Part shown: positions 7,634 through 15,200 of the stretch, piece after piece | Layout of the letters: each line of letters begins with the position of its first letter | Position numbering within the stretch: position 1 is the stretch's first letter | Assembly (NCBI GenBank): GCA_964402475.1 | Contig: CAYOCZ010000001.1 | Coordinates: 1-38,918, forward strand | Source of the DNA: an uncultured bacterium | GTDB lineage: Bacteria; Hydrothermota; Tepidihabitantia; Tepidihabitantales; Tepidihabitantaceae | Direction: 5' to 3' | DNA: 38,918 nt | The notes under the pieces: model-generated | The model's database searches: none | What the model was told of the DNA's origin: nothing | Seen by the model: only the letters and a program-made list of their open reading frames with translations | Position numbers and translations under genes: made by a program

Positions 7634-8833
7634 TTGGAGAAGAATAGAGGAATGATTGACATGTTCTCCCCCGACTTCGAAATCCGCGACCTCATCATTG
7701 AATATGGCGGCGAAGAAGCGCTCAAGTGCTATCAGTGCGGAATGTGCATGTCGCTCTGCCCTTGGTACCAGGTCGACAACGTCACCTTCACGGTCTATCG
7801 TCTGCCTCAGGCGGTCAGGCTCGGCGCGGTTCTCAATACCGAAGACAAAGAGAAGGTGGCCGCCGAAGTCACCGAACTCTACCGCTGCGTCGGCTGTGAG
7901 GCCTGTCTCTACCAGTGTCCTCGCGGAGTGGATATCCCGGCGGTCCTCCGTGCGGTCCGTCGTATCCTGGTCGAGAACCGGTCGATACCGTCGCCTTTGC
8001 AGAGCACCATCGCCCGCACTCGGGCCACCGGCAACCCGCTCGGCGGCGCGCCTGGAGCGCGCACCGACTGGGCCAAAGGCCTTTCGGTGCCCGTCTTCGC
8101 CCCCGGGACCGAGTACGCGTGGTTCACCTGCTGCACCGCCGACTACGACTCACGCTGCCAGGCGGTAGGCCGGGCGACTGTCAGTATCTTGGCGCGAGCT
8201 CAGGTCTCCTACGGCGTGCTTGGCGCGAAGCAGGTGTGCTGCGGCGAGGCGCTGCGCAAAGCCGGGGCCGAGCAGGTCTTCCGGCAGTTGGCGGAAGACA
8301 ACACCGCGCTCATCACTCGCCTGGAGGTGAAGAAGCTGCTTTTCACCTCTCCCCACTGCCTCAACGGCTTCCGCCGCAACTATGGCGAAATCGCAGCCGG
8401 CCGCGAGCTGGTACACGTGACCCAGCTCTTCGCCCGGCTTATCGACGAAGGCCAGCTCACACCGATGAAGCACCTGGACAAGCGTGTCACCTATCACGAC
8501 CCCTGCACCCTCGGACGCCAGAGCGGAATCTACGAGGAACCACGGCGGGTCCTGCAGAGCATACCCGGGCTCGAGCTGGTCGAAATCGAGGACTTCAACC
8601 GGGACCAGAGCGTATGCTGCGGTGGTGGCGGTGGCGGACTCTGGCTCGACTGGCCCAAGGGCGAACGGCTCTCAGACATCCGGGTCAAGCAGGCGGCCCA
8701 GACCGGTGCCAAGGTTCTCGCGGTCGCGTGCCCCTACTGCCTGCAGATGTTCGAGGACTCGGTCAAAACCATGAACCTCGACCTGGAAGTCCGCGACGTC
8801 GCCGAGCTCCTCGCCGATTCGCTCGGAGAATAG
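7634..8833 (+). CDS. hdrD: HdrD-like (fused HdrC/HdrB-type) soluble Fe-S protein with two CCG domains
   Basis: 399-aa ORF from TTG 7634. ATG 7652 or ATG 7661 are more likely starts; AGAGGA at 7646-7651 is 9 nt before 7661. There are two ferredoxin motifs (CYQCGMCMSLCP, CVGCEACLYQCP). There are two CCG-type Cys-rich domains (FTCCTADYDSRC...VCCGEALRK; HDPCTLGR...VCCGGGGGG...CPYCLQM). No TM segment is obvious. Confidence 0.85.
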   Translation: MEKNRGMIDMFSPDFEIRDLIIEYGGEEALKCYQCGMCMSLCPWYQVDNVTFTVYRLPQAVRLGAVLNTEDKEKVAAEVTELYRCVGCEACLYQCPRGVDIPAVLRAVRRILVENRSIPSPLQSTIARTRATGNPLGGAPGARTDWAKGLSVPVFAPGTEYAWFTCCTADYDSRCQAVGRATVSILARAQVSYGVLGAKQVCCGEALRKAGAEQVFRQLAEDNTALITRLEVKKLLFTSPHCLNGFRRNYGEIAAGRELVHVTQLFARLIDEGQLTPMKHLDKRVTYHDPCTLGRQSGIYEEPRRVLQSIPGLELVEIEDFNRDQSVCCGGGGGGLWLDWPKGERLSDIRVKQAAQTGAKVLAVACPYCLQMFEDSVKTMNLDLEVRDVAELLADSLGE

Positions 8834-8851
8834 CCCACCACCAACGCGCCC

Positions 8852-8877
8852 GAAACCCGGATAGCAGCCCGGGTTTC
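8852..8877 (+). terminator. stem-loop in convergent intergenic region, candidate terminator
   Basis: GAAACCCGG (8852-8860) pairs with CCGGGTTTC (8869-8877) to give a 9-bp stem and an 8-nt loop, 19 nt after the hdrD-like stop. The only U-run is the one inside the 3' stem arm, so it is weak as an intrinsic terminator. Confidence 0.4.
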
Positions 8878-9024
8878 CGTGCTTACAGGAAAATCTCGGT
8901 CTTGGTGGGGTCGGGCCCGGCCTCGGTGATTTCCTTTGTGAATCCGCCCCCCTGTGCGAACCTCGCTTCCTCTGCTGCTGCAGTCCGGGCAAGATTCAGA
9001 CGACCAACCTCCCGGTTTCCACTC

Positions 9025-12000
9025 CTATGACGGGATCGCCTTGAGCGCGGCGTTTATCATCGCCTCGGTCTGCCCGGACTTGAACCCGAGATGGTTGATT
9101 GCGCCCGACGGGCAGATCGCGGCGCAGTTGCCGCAGCCTTTACACAAGGCCTCGTTGATGTGGGATACGGTCCTGTCCGCTCTCTCGACCAGTTCCGGAG
9201 CGTTGTACGGGCATGTGGCCACGCAAAGCCCGCAACCCGCACACACGTTCTCGTCCACCACCGAGGTTGTGGCGCTCGCTTCGTACTTGTCCCTGGAGAG
9301 GATGGTACCTGCCCTTGCTGCCGCGGCCTTTGCCTGGACTATGGCTTCCGGAATGCTCTTGGGCGAATGCGCCAGCCCGGCAAGAAACACGCCTTCGGTC
9401 GCGAAGTCAACCGGCCTCAATTTAACGTGCGCTTCAAGGAAGAAACTGTTTTCGTTCAGCGGGACTTTGAGCATCTGGGAAATGGCCGCGGCATCTTTGT
9501 GCGGGACGATGGCCGGAGCAAGCACGACTAGGTCCGGGCTAACGGTCAGGTCGGTCTCAAGCACCAGATCCCGCGCTTTCACTTTCAGCTTGTCCCCGTC
9601 CTTCTCCACCACCGGCTTCAGTTCCTCGTCATACCTGAGGAATATTATGCCCTTGTCACGCGCACGCTGGTAGTACTCCTCAAGGAATCCATAGGTCCGC
9701 ATATCCCGGTACAGCACGAAGATGTTCACCTTGGGATTGAGTTCCCTGAGCTCAAGAGCATTCTTCACCGCTCCCTGGCAGCACACTCGTGAGCAGTACG
9801 GGTGCTCAGCATCCCTTGACCCGACGCACTGAATCATCACGACGTTCTTGAGCCTGGCCAGCTTGTGGGCCTGTGGGTTCTGCATCCGCTTCTCCAGCTC
9901 GGTCTGGGTGATTACTCTCTCGTCCTCGCCGTACAGGTACTCCATGGGCCTGGATTCCTCGGCGCCGGTCGTAACGATGACAACCCCATGCTCAATCTCG
10001 ATTTGTGCCTTTTGGCTCCCGGCTGTTGGTTCCTGGCCTTTGACCTCAATCGTTGTCTTGTAGTTCCCGATGTAGCCTTTGACATCTTCAATAGCGGCTG
10101 ACTTGTACACCTTGATTCTCGGGTGATTCTCAATCTCCTGGACCAGAGCCTTCAGGTACTGCTGAACATCCTCGCCCTGAATCGTATGGTACAGGTTTCT
10201 CAGGTTCCCGCCCAGTTCACTTTCGCGCTCGACCAGTATGGCGTCGAACCCCTGGTCGGCTAACGACAAGGCGGCCGTCATTCCGGCCAGACCACCGCCG
10301 ATGACCAGTCCTTTCTGAATGACCGGCAGCATCACCGCATACAAGGACTCCAGCAACCCCGCCTTTGCCACCGCCATCTGAACCAGGGTCTTTGCCTTTG
10401 CCGTGGCCTTTTCCGGCACGTGCCCGTGAATCCAGGAACACTGGTCCCGGATGTTCGCCATTTCAAACAGGCACGGGTTCAGGCCGGCTTCGCGCAGGGT
10501 CTCCTGGAACAGCGGCTCGTGGGTTCTGGGCGAGCAGGACGCAACCACGACGCGGTTGAGCCGCTGCTCTTGGATAGTCCTGCTTATTTTCTGCTGGGTA
10601 TCTTGAGAACAGGTAAACAGGTTGTGCTCGCCATAGACGACACCGGGCAGTTTCTTGGCGAATTCAACAACCCCGGGAACGTCCACGACGCTCCCGATAT
10701 TGATGCCGCAGTGACACACGAACACACCGATTCTCGGCGCTTCGCCCCTGACATCCCTTTCCTCGGGGTAGGTTTTGGGTACAATCGCGGTTCCCCGGGC
10801 ATCGGCTACTACGCCTTCGGCCGCGGCCGCGGCGCCCGATGCCTCCATCACGGTCTCCGGTATGTCCTTCGGGCCGCAGGCCGAACCGCATACGAATACC
10901 CCGGGTCGGTTCGTCTCGACCGGTGAGAAAACCGAAGTCTTGAAGAACCGGTACTTGTTCAGCTTTGTGTTCAGCTTATCGGCAAGGACCGCATTGGCCT
11001 TCCTCGGTTCGAGCCCGACCGAAAGCACCACCATGTCGAACTCTTCGCTCAACTGCCGCGGATTGCTCTCCGTGGTGTAATACACAAGCAGGTTCCCGGT
11101 CTCGGGAATCTCCAGGACCTTGCCGACCCGGGACCGAATGAACCGCACCCCATGCTGATCCTTTGCCCGGTTGTAGAACGCGTCGAAATCCTTGCCGTGG
11201 GCCCGGATGTCCATGAAGAATATCGTCGGCTCGACGCCTTTGACGTGCTCCTTGGCGATAATCGCTTCCTTGATCGCGTACATGCAGCAGACCGACGAAC
11301 AGTACTTCCGGTCTTCCATGTCGTCCCGGCTCCCGACGCACTGAATCCAGGCGATTCGCTTCGGTACCTTGCCGTCGTACGGCCGCTGGACGTGGCCGGC
11401 GAAAGGCCCGGAAGCGGCCAGGATGCGCTCGAACTCGATGCTGGTCACGACGTTCCTGCACCTGCCGTACCCGAACTCGTACTTGAGCGAAGGATCGAAC
11501 TTATCCGCGCCGTCCGCGACAATGACCGCGCCGACGTCGAAAGTGAGCTGCTGCTCCTTCTGGTCGAAGTCGATTGCATCCGCTTCGCAGAATTCCTTGC
11601 AAACCTGGCACTCACCGGTCTGCAGGTGGATGCAGTGCTCGGCGTCAATCGTAGCGTAGTTCGGAACCGCCTGCGGGTAGGAGATGTATATCGCCGACCT
11701 CTCCACCAGGCCTTCGTCGAACTCGGACAGAATCGGGACCGGCTTGTTGTGCGTAATCTCCTCGAACTTGATGCACTTGGCCGGACACACGGAAAAGCAC
11801 GCTCCACAGGTCTGGCATACGTCTGACTGGACGTCGAATGCCGGCTGCACCAGCCGCTTATCGCCTCTGCCGGTAAACCCGATTGCTCCTTTCCCCATTC
11901 GGTCGCGGCACATGCGAACGCAGAGCCCGCAGAGCAGACAATCCTCATTCTTCGGCTTGATCCTGGGCTTCCCGACCCCCATCTCCACTGCAAGGCGTTT

Positions 12001-12327
12001 GACCTCTTCGGAATCCGGGCACCGCGCCAGCAGCAGCTCCACCATGATTTTGCGGGTCTGCTTCACACGCGGAGTGTCGGTCTCGACGACAAGCCCGTCC
12101 TGGGCCGGATAGGTGCAGGATGCGTGAATGGATGCCGGGCCGTTGTTTTGGCTCACTTCGACCAGGCAGAGCCGACAGGCACCATAAGCCGGCAGCGCCT
12201 TGTGATAGCACAAGGTGGGGATTTTGATGCCGGCCTTGTTTGCTGCCTGGAGTATCAAGCTGCCCTGTTCGACTTCTACCTGCTTGCCGTTGATTGTCAG
12301 ACTTACCATGCTGTTCTTGTTGCTCAT
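9025..12327 (-). CDS. NuoG/HydA-type N-terminal 2Fe-2S + 4Fe-4S module fused to a tandem HdrA-family flavoprotein; first flavin domain lacks its Rossmann start
   Basis: 1100-aa ORF with an ATGA overlap onto the upstream gene at 12324-12327.
- aa 1-~75 carry a 2Fe-2S pattern C-x10-C-x2-C-x16-C (TLCYHKALPAYGACRLCLVEV...HASC).
- Two 4Fe-4S motifs follow: CLLCGLCVRMC and CQTCGACFSVCP.
- From SEFDEGLVERSAIYISYPQAVPNYATID onward it is collinear with the 1038-aa tandem HdrA (EFERILAASGP, IQCVGSRD, YCSSVCCMYAIKEA, RIGVFVCHCGINIGS).
- The second Rossmann is VIGGGLAGMTAALSLADQG, followed by YCSRVCCQGAVK.
- The C-terminal motifs are CAGCGLCVATCPY / CKGCGNCAAICPSG.
- No GxGxxG occurs before the second domain. 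Confidence 0.9.
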   Translation of the reverse strand: MSNKNSMVSLTINGKQVEVEQGSLILQAANKAGIKIPTLCYHKALPAYGACRLCLVEVSQNNGPASIHASCTYPAQDGLVVETDTPRVKQTRKIMVELLLARCPDSEEVKRLAVEMGVGKPRIKPKNEDCLLCGLCVRMCRDRMGKGAIGFTGRGDKRLVQPAFDVQSDVCQTCGACFSVCPAKCIKFEEITHNKPVPILSEFDEGLVERSAIYISYPQAVPNYATIDAEHCIHLQTGECQVCKEFCEADAIDFDQKEQQLTFDVGAVIVADGADKFDPSLKYEFGYGRCRNVVTSIEFERILAASGPFAGHVQRPYDGKVPKRIAWIQCVGSRDDMEDRKYCSSVCCMYAIKEAIIAKEHVKGVEPTIFFMDIRAHGKDFDAFYNRAKDQHGVRFIRSRVGKVLEIPETGNLLVYYTTESNPRQLSEEFDMVVLSVGLEPRKANAVLADKLNTKLNKYRFFKTSVFSPVETNRPGVFVCGSACGPKDIPETVMEASGAAAAAEGVVADARGTAIVPKTYPEERDVRGEAPRIGVFVCHCGINIGSVVDVPGVVEFAKKLPGVVYGEHNLFTCSQDTQQKISRTIQEQRLNRVVVASCSPRTHEPLFQETLREAGLNPCLFEMANIRDQCSWIHGHVPEKATAKAKTLVQMAVAKAGLLESLYAVMLPVIQKGLVIGGGLAGMTAALSLADQGFDAILVERESELGGNLRNLYHTIQGEDVQQYLKALVQEIENHPRIKVYKSAAIEDVKGYIGNYKTTIEVKGQEPTAGSQKAQIEIEHGVVIVTTGAEESRPMEYLYGEDERVITQTELEKRMQNPQAHKLARLKNVVMIQCVGSRDAEHPYCSRVCCQGAVKNALELRELNPKVNIFVLYRDMRTYGFLEEYYQRARDKGIIFLRYDEELKPVVEKDGDKLKVKARDLVLETDLTVSPDLVVLAPAIVPHKDAAAISQMLKVPLNENSFFLEAHVKLRPVDFATEGVFLAGLAHSPKSIPEAIVQAKAAAARAGTILSRDKYEASATTSVVDENVCAGCGLCVATCPYNAPELVERADRTVSHINEALCKGCGNCAAICPSGAINHLGFKSGQTEAMINAALKAIPS

Positions 12328-12803
12328 CTGTCCTGGCCGTGGTTGGGTGCTTTCCGCATCTCGTCGGTATCCAGCCTGAAGCTGGTTTCGGGGTCCCGAT
12401 GCTCGTATACGAAGTGTGTCTCCGGATGACCGGCAATCAGGGTCGTGAGGGTCTGCTCCATATCGCCAAGAGGCTTGCGGTCGATGTGGCTGTGCCGGAA
12501 GGAAGCCTTCACTCTCGTGCCCTTGCCGACTTCGGAACTGATTTCGATATCACCGCCGGCTTCCCGGGCCGCTTGTGCCAGCAACGGAAGACCCAAGCCT
12601 ACTCTCCGCGTAGTCCTGGTGGTATAGAACGGGTCAAGAACCTTGTCGACGGTCTCCTGGTCCATTCCTCTGCCGTTATCCTCTATCTCAACACTGAGCA
12701 GGTCCTTCTCAACATCCTCGTTGACCCTTATCCTGACTTCTGAGGCCTCTGACTCGACCGAATTCTCGACCACATCAAGAATATGCAAGGACAGATCTTC
12801 CAT
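12324..12803 (-). CDS. stand-alone GHKL (HATPase_c) ATP-binding protein, no DHp/phospho-His domain
   Basis: 159-aa ORF. It has an N-box HILDVVENSVES, G1 DNGRGM and G2 GLGLPL. There is no dimerisation/His-phosphotransfer region. Confidence 0.8.
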   Translation of the reverse strand: MEDLSLHILDVVENSVESEASEVRIRVNEDVEKDLLSVEIEDNGRGMDQETVDKVLDPFYTTRTTRRVGLGLPLLAQAAREAGGDIEISSEVGKGTRVKASFRHSHIDRKPLGDMEQTLTTLIAGHPETHFVYEHRDPETSFRLDTDEMRKAPNHGQDR

Positions 12804-13518
12804 CTTCGTTGTGCAGGGCCTTTCCTATTTCAGTCGCCGTTGCTTCCTTAACGAGGAAAACGGTCGAACTCCTGCCGATATCATCCACGGAATGGGCATC
12901 GGAGGACGCAATCACCGGGAAGCCGAACGCCTGCGGAGAGCCGGGGGGCTCCCTGCCCGGAGAGGCCCTTGCCGATACCTCGACACCGTCCAGAGCCAGT
13001 TCATCGGGGATAAAGCCGAGCTGACCAATAATGCCGAACCGCTCGCGGTCAACGTGGGCCGCAATCGCCACCCCGCCCAGTGAGTGGATCGCGTCCACAA
13101 CCTCGTCAACCGACAACGTGGTTGCCCCGATCAGAAGCCGGTCATTGACGCCGGTCACTTCGTCGTGCTCATCAGCCAGCACCTGCTCTCCGAAAGCCCG
13201 CTCGTCGTTGACCCCGGGCAGATTGTCGTAGATGACGCGCTGGAGCCCGAACAGGCCTTCGTCATCATCAAACAGGACCAGGATGTGTACTTCCTCTTCG
13301 GACGTAACCTCAATCCCGCCGACGACAGCGACTCCTTCCCTGTCCGCCGCCTTTCTCACCGCAACTACGTTTTCTGCAGAGTTGTGGTCGGAAATGCCGA
13401 TTGCATCCAACCCCTGCTGACGCGCCCTGCCTGCTATCCGTCCGGGCAGCATCCCCAGGTCCGCGCAGGGAGAAAGACAGGTGTGGATATGCAGGTCCAT
13501 CCTCAGCTTCTTGAGCAT
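12775..13518 (-). CDS. PHP-domain metal-dependent phosphoesterase
   Basis: Metal-ligand motifs are DLHIHT, ISDHNS, EVHILV, IAAHVDR and ASSDAHS. The track ORF extends to 13581, but that would overlap the upstream DRTGG gene by 53 nt. ATG 13518 (MLKKLRMDLHIH) lies 10 nt after that gene's stop and is preferred. Confidence 0.8.
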   Translation of the reverse strand: MLKKLRMDLHIHTCLSPCADLGMLPGRIAGRARQQGLDAIGISDHNSAENVVAVRKAADREGVAVVGGIEVTSEEEVHILVLFDDDEGLFGLQRVIYDNLPGVNDERAFGEQVLADEHDEVTGVNDRLLIGATTLSVDEVVDAIHSLGGVAIAAHVDRERFGIIGQLGFIPDELALDGVEVSARASPGREPPGSPQAFGFPVIASSDAHSVDDIGRSSTVFLVKEATATEIGKALHNEDGRSVLAYS

Positions 13519-13528
13519 CCCGCCTGCG

Positions 13529-13876
13529 TCACTTCGTGTTCCCGCGGATGCCGATTTCGCAGAGTCTTCCCGCAATCTCAAAGGTCTGCAGGCCGGTCAG
13601 CATGACCGGGATGTCCTCCTGCTCCGCTTTTGCCAGGACCTCCTGCTCCGCTTTCCTTCCGTTCACGATGATGATTCCGGAAAGCTCCTTCAGGGAAGCC
13701 ACGGCAATGATGTTCTGATGGACCTGCAGCGTGACCCAGACATTGCCCTCCCGGGAATTGGCCATCACGTCGCTGAGCAGGTCGCTCGCATAACCGCCGC
13801 TTACTTCTCTGTCGAGGCCGCACCGCGGGGTGGCCGACTCCAGATGGAGTCTTTCCACTATGTCCTTGAGTTTCAT
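13529..13876 (-). CDS. DRTGG-domain protein (short stand-alone form)
   Basis: 115-aa ORF. GGYASDLLSDVMANSREGNVWVTLQVHQNIIAVASL...IPVMLT matches the short DRTGG-family proteins commonly annotated in NuoEF/HydABC-type operons. It has an ATGA overlap with the upstream gene at 13873-13876. Confidence 0.7.
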   Translation of the reverse strand: MKLKDIVERLHLESATPRCGLDREVSGGYASDLLSDVMANSREGNVWVTLQVHQNIIAVASLKELSGIIIVNGRKAEQEVLAKAEQEDIPVMLTGLQTFEIAGRLCEIGIRGNTK

Positions 13877-14832
13877 GATGCCTCGTTCTGCCGCCGAACG
13901 TCCTTGTCAGCCTCGTTTCCGTTAAGGTAGATTACGACCTCGAGATTCGTTCCCTTGCCGATTTGCGAGGCCAGACTCATTTCGTCCGCGCAGTTCCTGA
14001 TATTGCACAAGCCCATTCCGGCCCCGAATCCCATCTCCCGTATCCAGTCAGGGGCAGTAGAAAAACTGGGCTGCATCGCCTGCTCGGTGTCGGGGATTCC
14101 GGGTCCGTTGTCCGATGCGCCGATCGTAATCCGGTCCGAGCATACCGAGACCGTGAGTCTGCCTCCATCGGTGAACACTATGATGTTGATTTCGGCCTCA
14201 AACGCGACAATCGCTATGCGGCGGACTATTTCGGGTCGGATACCGAGCCGATGCAGCGTTTTCTTGAGCCTGCTTGCCGATTGCCCGGCACGGTCGAAAT
14301 CCTTACCGGCTATTTCGTACTTGAGGACCAGGTTCGTTTTGTCCGCGACGATGTCCTCGAAGATGTGACTGGCCCGATAGTGGTGAATCTCCTCCTCGTG
14401 GTACTCGACCTCCAGCTTTCTCAGCAGGCACTTGATGATGTTGCCCTTGGTAATAATCCCGACCAGCTTCTGTCCGTTCCGTTCGATCACCGGGAAGCGG
14501 CCAAACCCGTACTGCTCGAATTTCCTGACGGCATGAACCAGCGGTTCGTCGGCATACAGCGTTTCCGCATCCCTCGTCATCCTGCGCTCGATGATAACGT
14601 CCATTTCTCCCTGGGCCAGACACCTGATGTAGTCCTCGATGCTGATAAGCCCGACGACTCTGCCTTCATCTACTACCGGAACCCCGGAAATGTGCTTCTC
14701 ACGCATCACATCTCTCAGGTTATGAATCGCCTGCTTCGGACTCACCGTGACGACGTCGGCGATCATCGCGTCCCTGACCCGGAGCTCATAAGTCAGCTCC
14801 TGAATCTTAGTGAAGTTCCTATCTTTGGTCAT
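13873..14832 (-). CDS. CBS-pair + GHKL ATPase protein (anti-sigma/serine-kinase-like)
   Basis: 319-aa ORF. It has two CBS motifs (VRDAMIADVVTVSP...HISGVPVVDEGRVVGLISIEDY; ...FGRFPVIERNGQKLVGIITKGNI). The C-terminal GHKL fold shows DNGPGIP and GFGAGMGL. Confidence 0.8.
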   Translation of the reverse strand: MTKDRNFTKIQELTYELRVRDAMIADVVTVSPKQAIHNLRDVMREKHISGVPVVDEGRVVGLISIEDYIRCLAQGEMDVIIERRMTRDAETLYADEPLVHAVRKFEQYGFGRFPVIERNGQKLVGIITKGNIIKCLLRKLEVEYHEEEIHHYRASHIFEDIVADKTNLVLKYEIAGKDFDRAGQSASRLKKTLHRLGIRPEIVRRIAIVAFEAEINIIVFTDGGRLTVSVCSDRITIGASDNGPGIPDTEQAMQPSFSTAPDWIREMGFGAGMGLCNIRNCADEMSLASQIGKGTNLEVVIYLNGNEADKDVRRQNEAS

Positions 14833-15196
14833 TCCTCTTGCTGATGTCCAGATAGCCCAGACCCGTGAGCCCGTTCTTGAACAGCCTGCCGCAACTCACG
14901 AACATCGGCAGGCGGGTAGTCATCAGGACTATGCCCTTCTGCTCGGCCAGCTTGAGCGTCTTTTCGTCCGGCTCCTTGCCGCGGATGAAGCAAATCGCGT
15001 GGATGTCGGCCACGTTGGCCGTGTAGATGACCTGACGGTTCGCCAGTCCTGTCAGGAGGATTGCGTCGGGTTTGGCGAAGGCCAGGACGTCGCTCATCAG
15101 GTCGGAAGCGCAGCCGATTTTCACTTCGGTCTTGAGACTGTCCTGACCGACCAGGACTTCCGCCTCGATGGTCTTGCTGATTTCTTCGAGCGTCAT
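14819..15196 (-). CDS. DRTGG-domain protein (second copy)
   Basis: 125-aa ORF, paralogous to 13529..13876 (CASDLMSDVLAFAKPDAILLTGLANRQVIYTANV...GIVLMTT). It begins 4 nt after the NuoF-like stop. Confidence 0.7.
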   Translation of the reverse strand: MTLEEISKTIEAEVLVGQDSLKTEVKIGCASDLMSDVLAFAKPDAILLTGLANRQVIYTANVADIHAICFIRGKEPDEKTLKLAEQKGIVLMTTRLPMFVSCGRLFKNGLTGLGYLDISKRNDQR

Positions 15197-15200
15197 CCTG

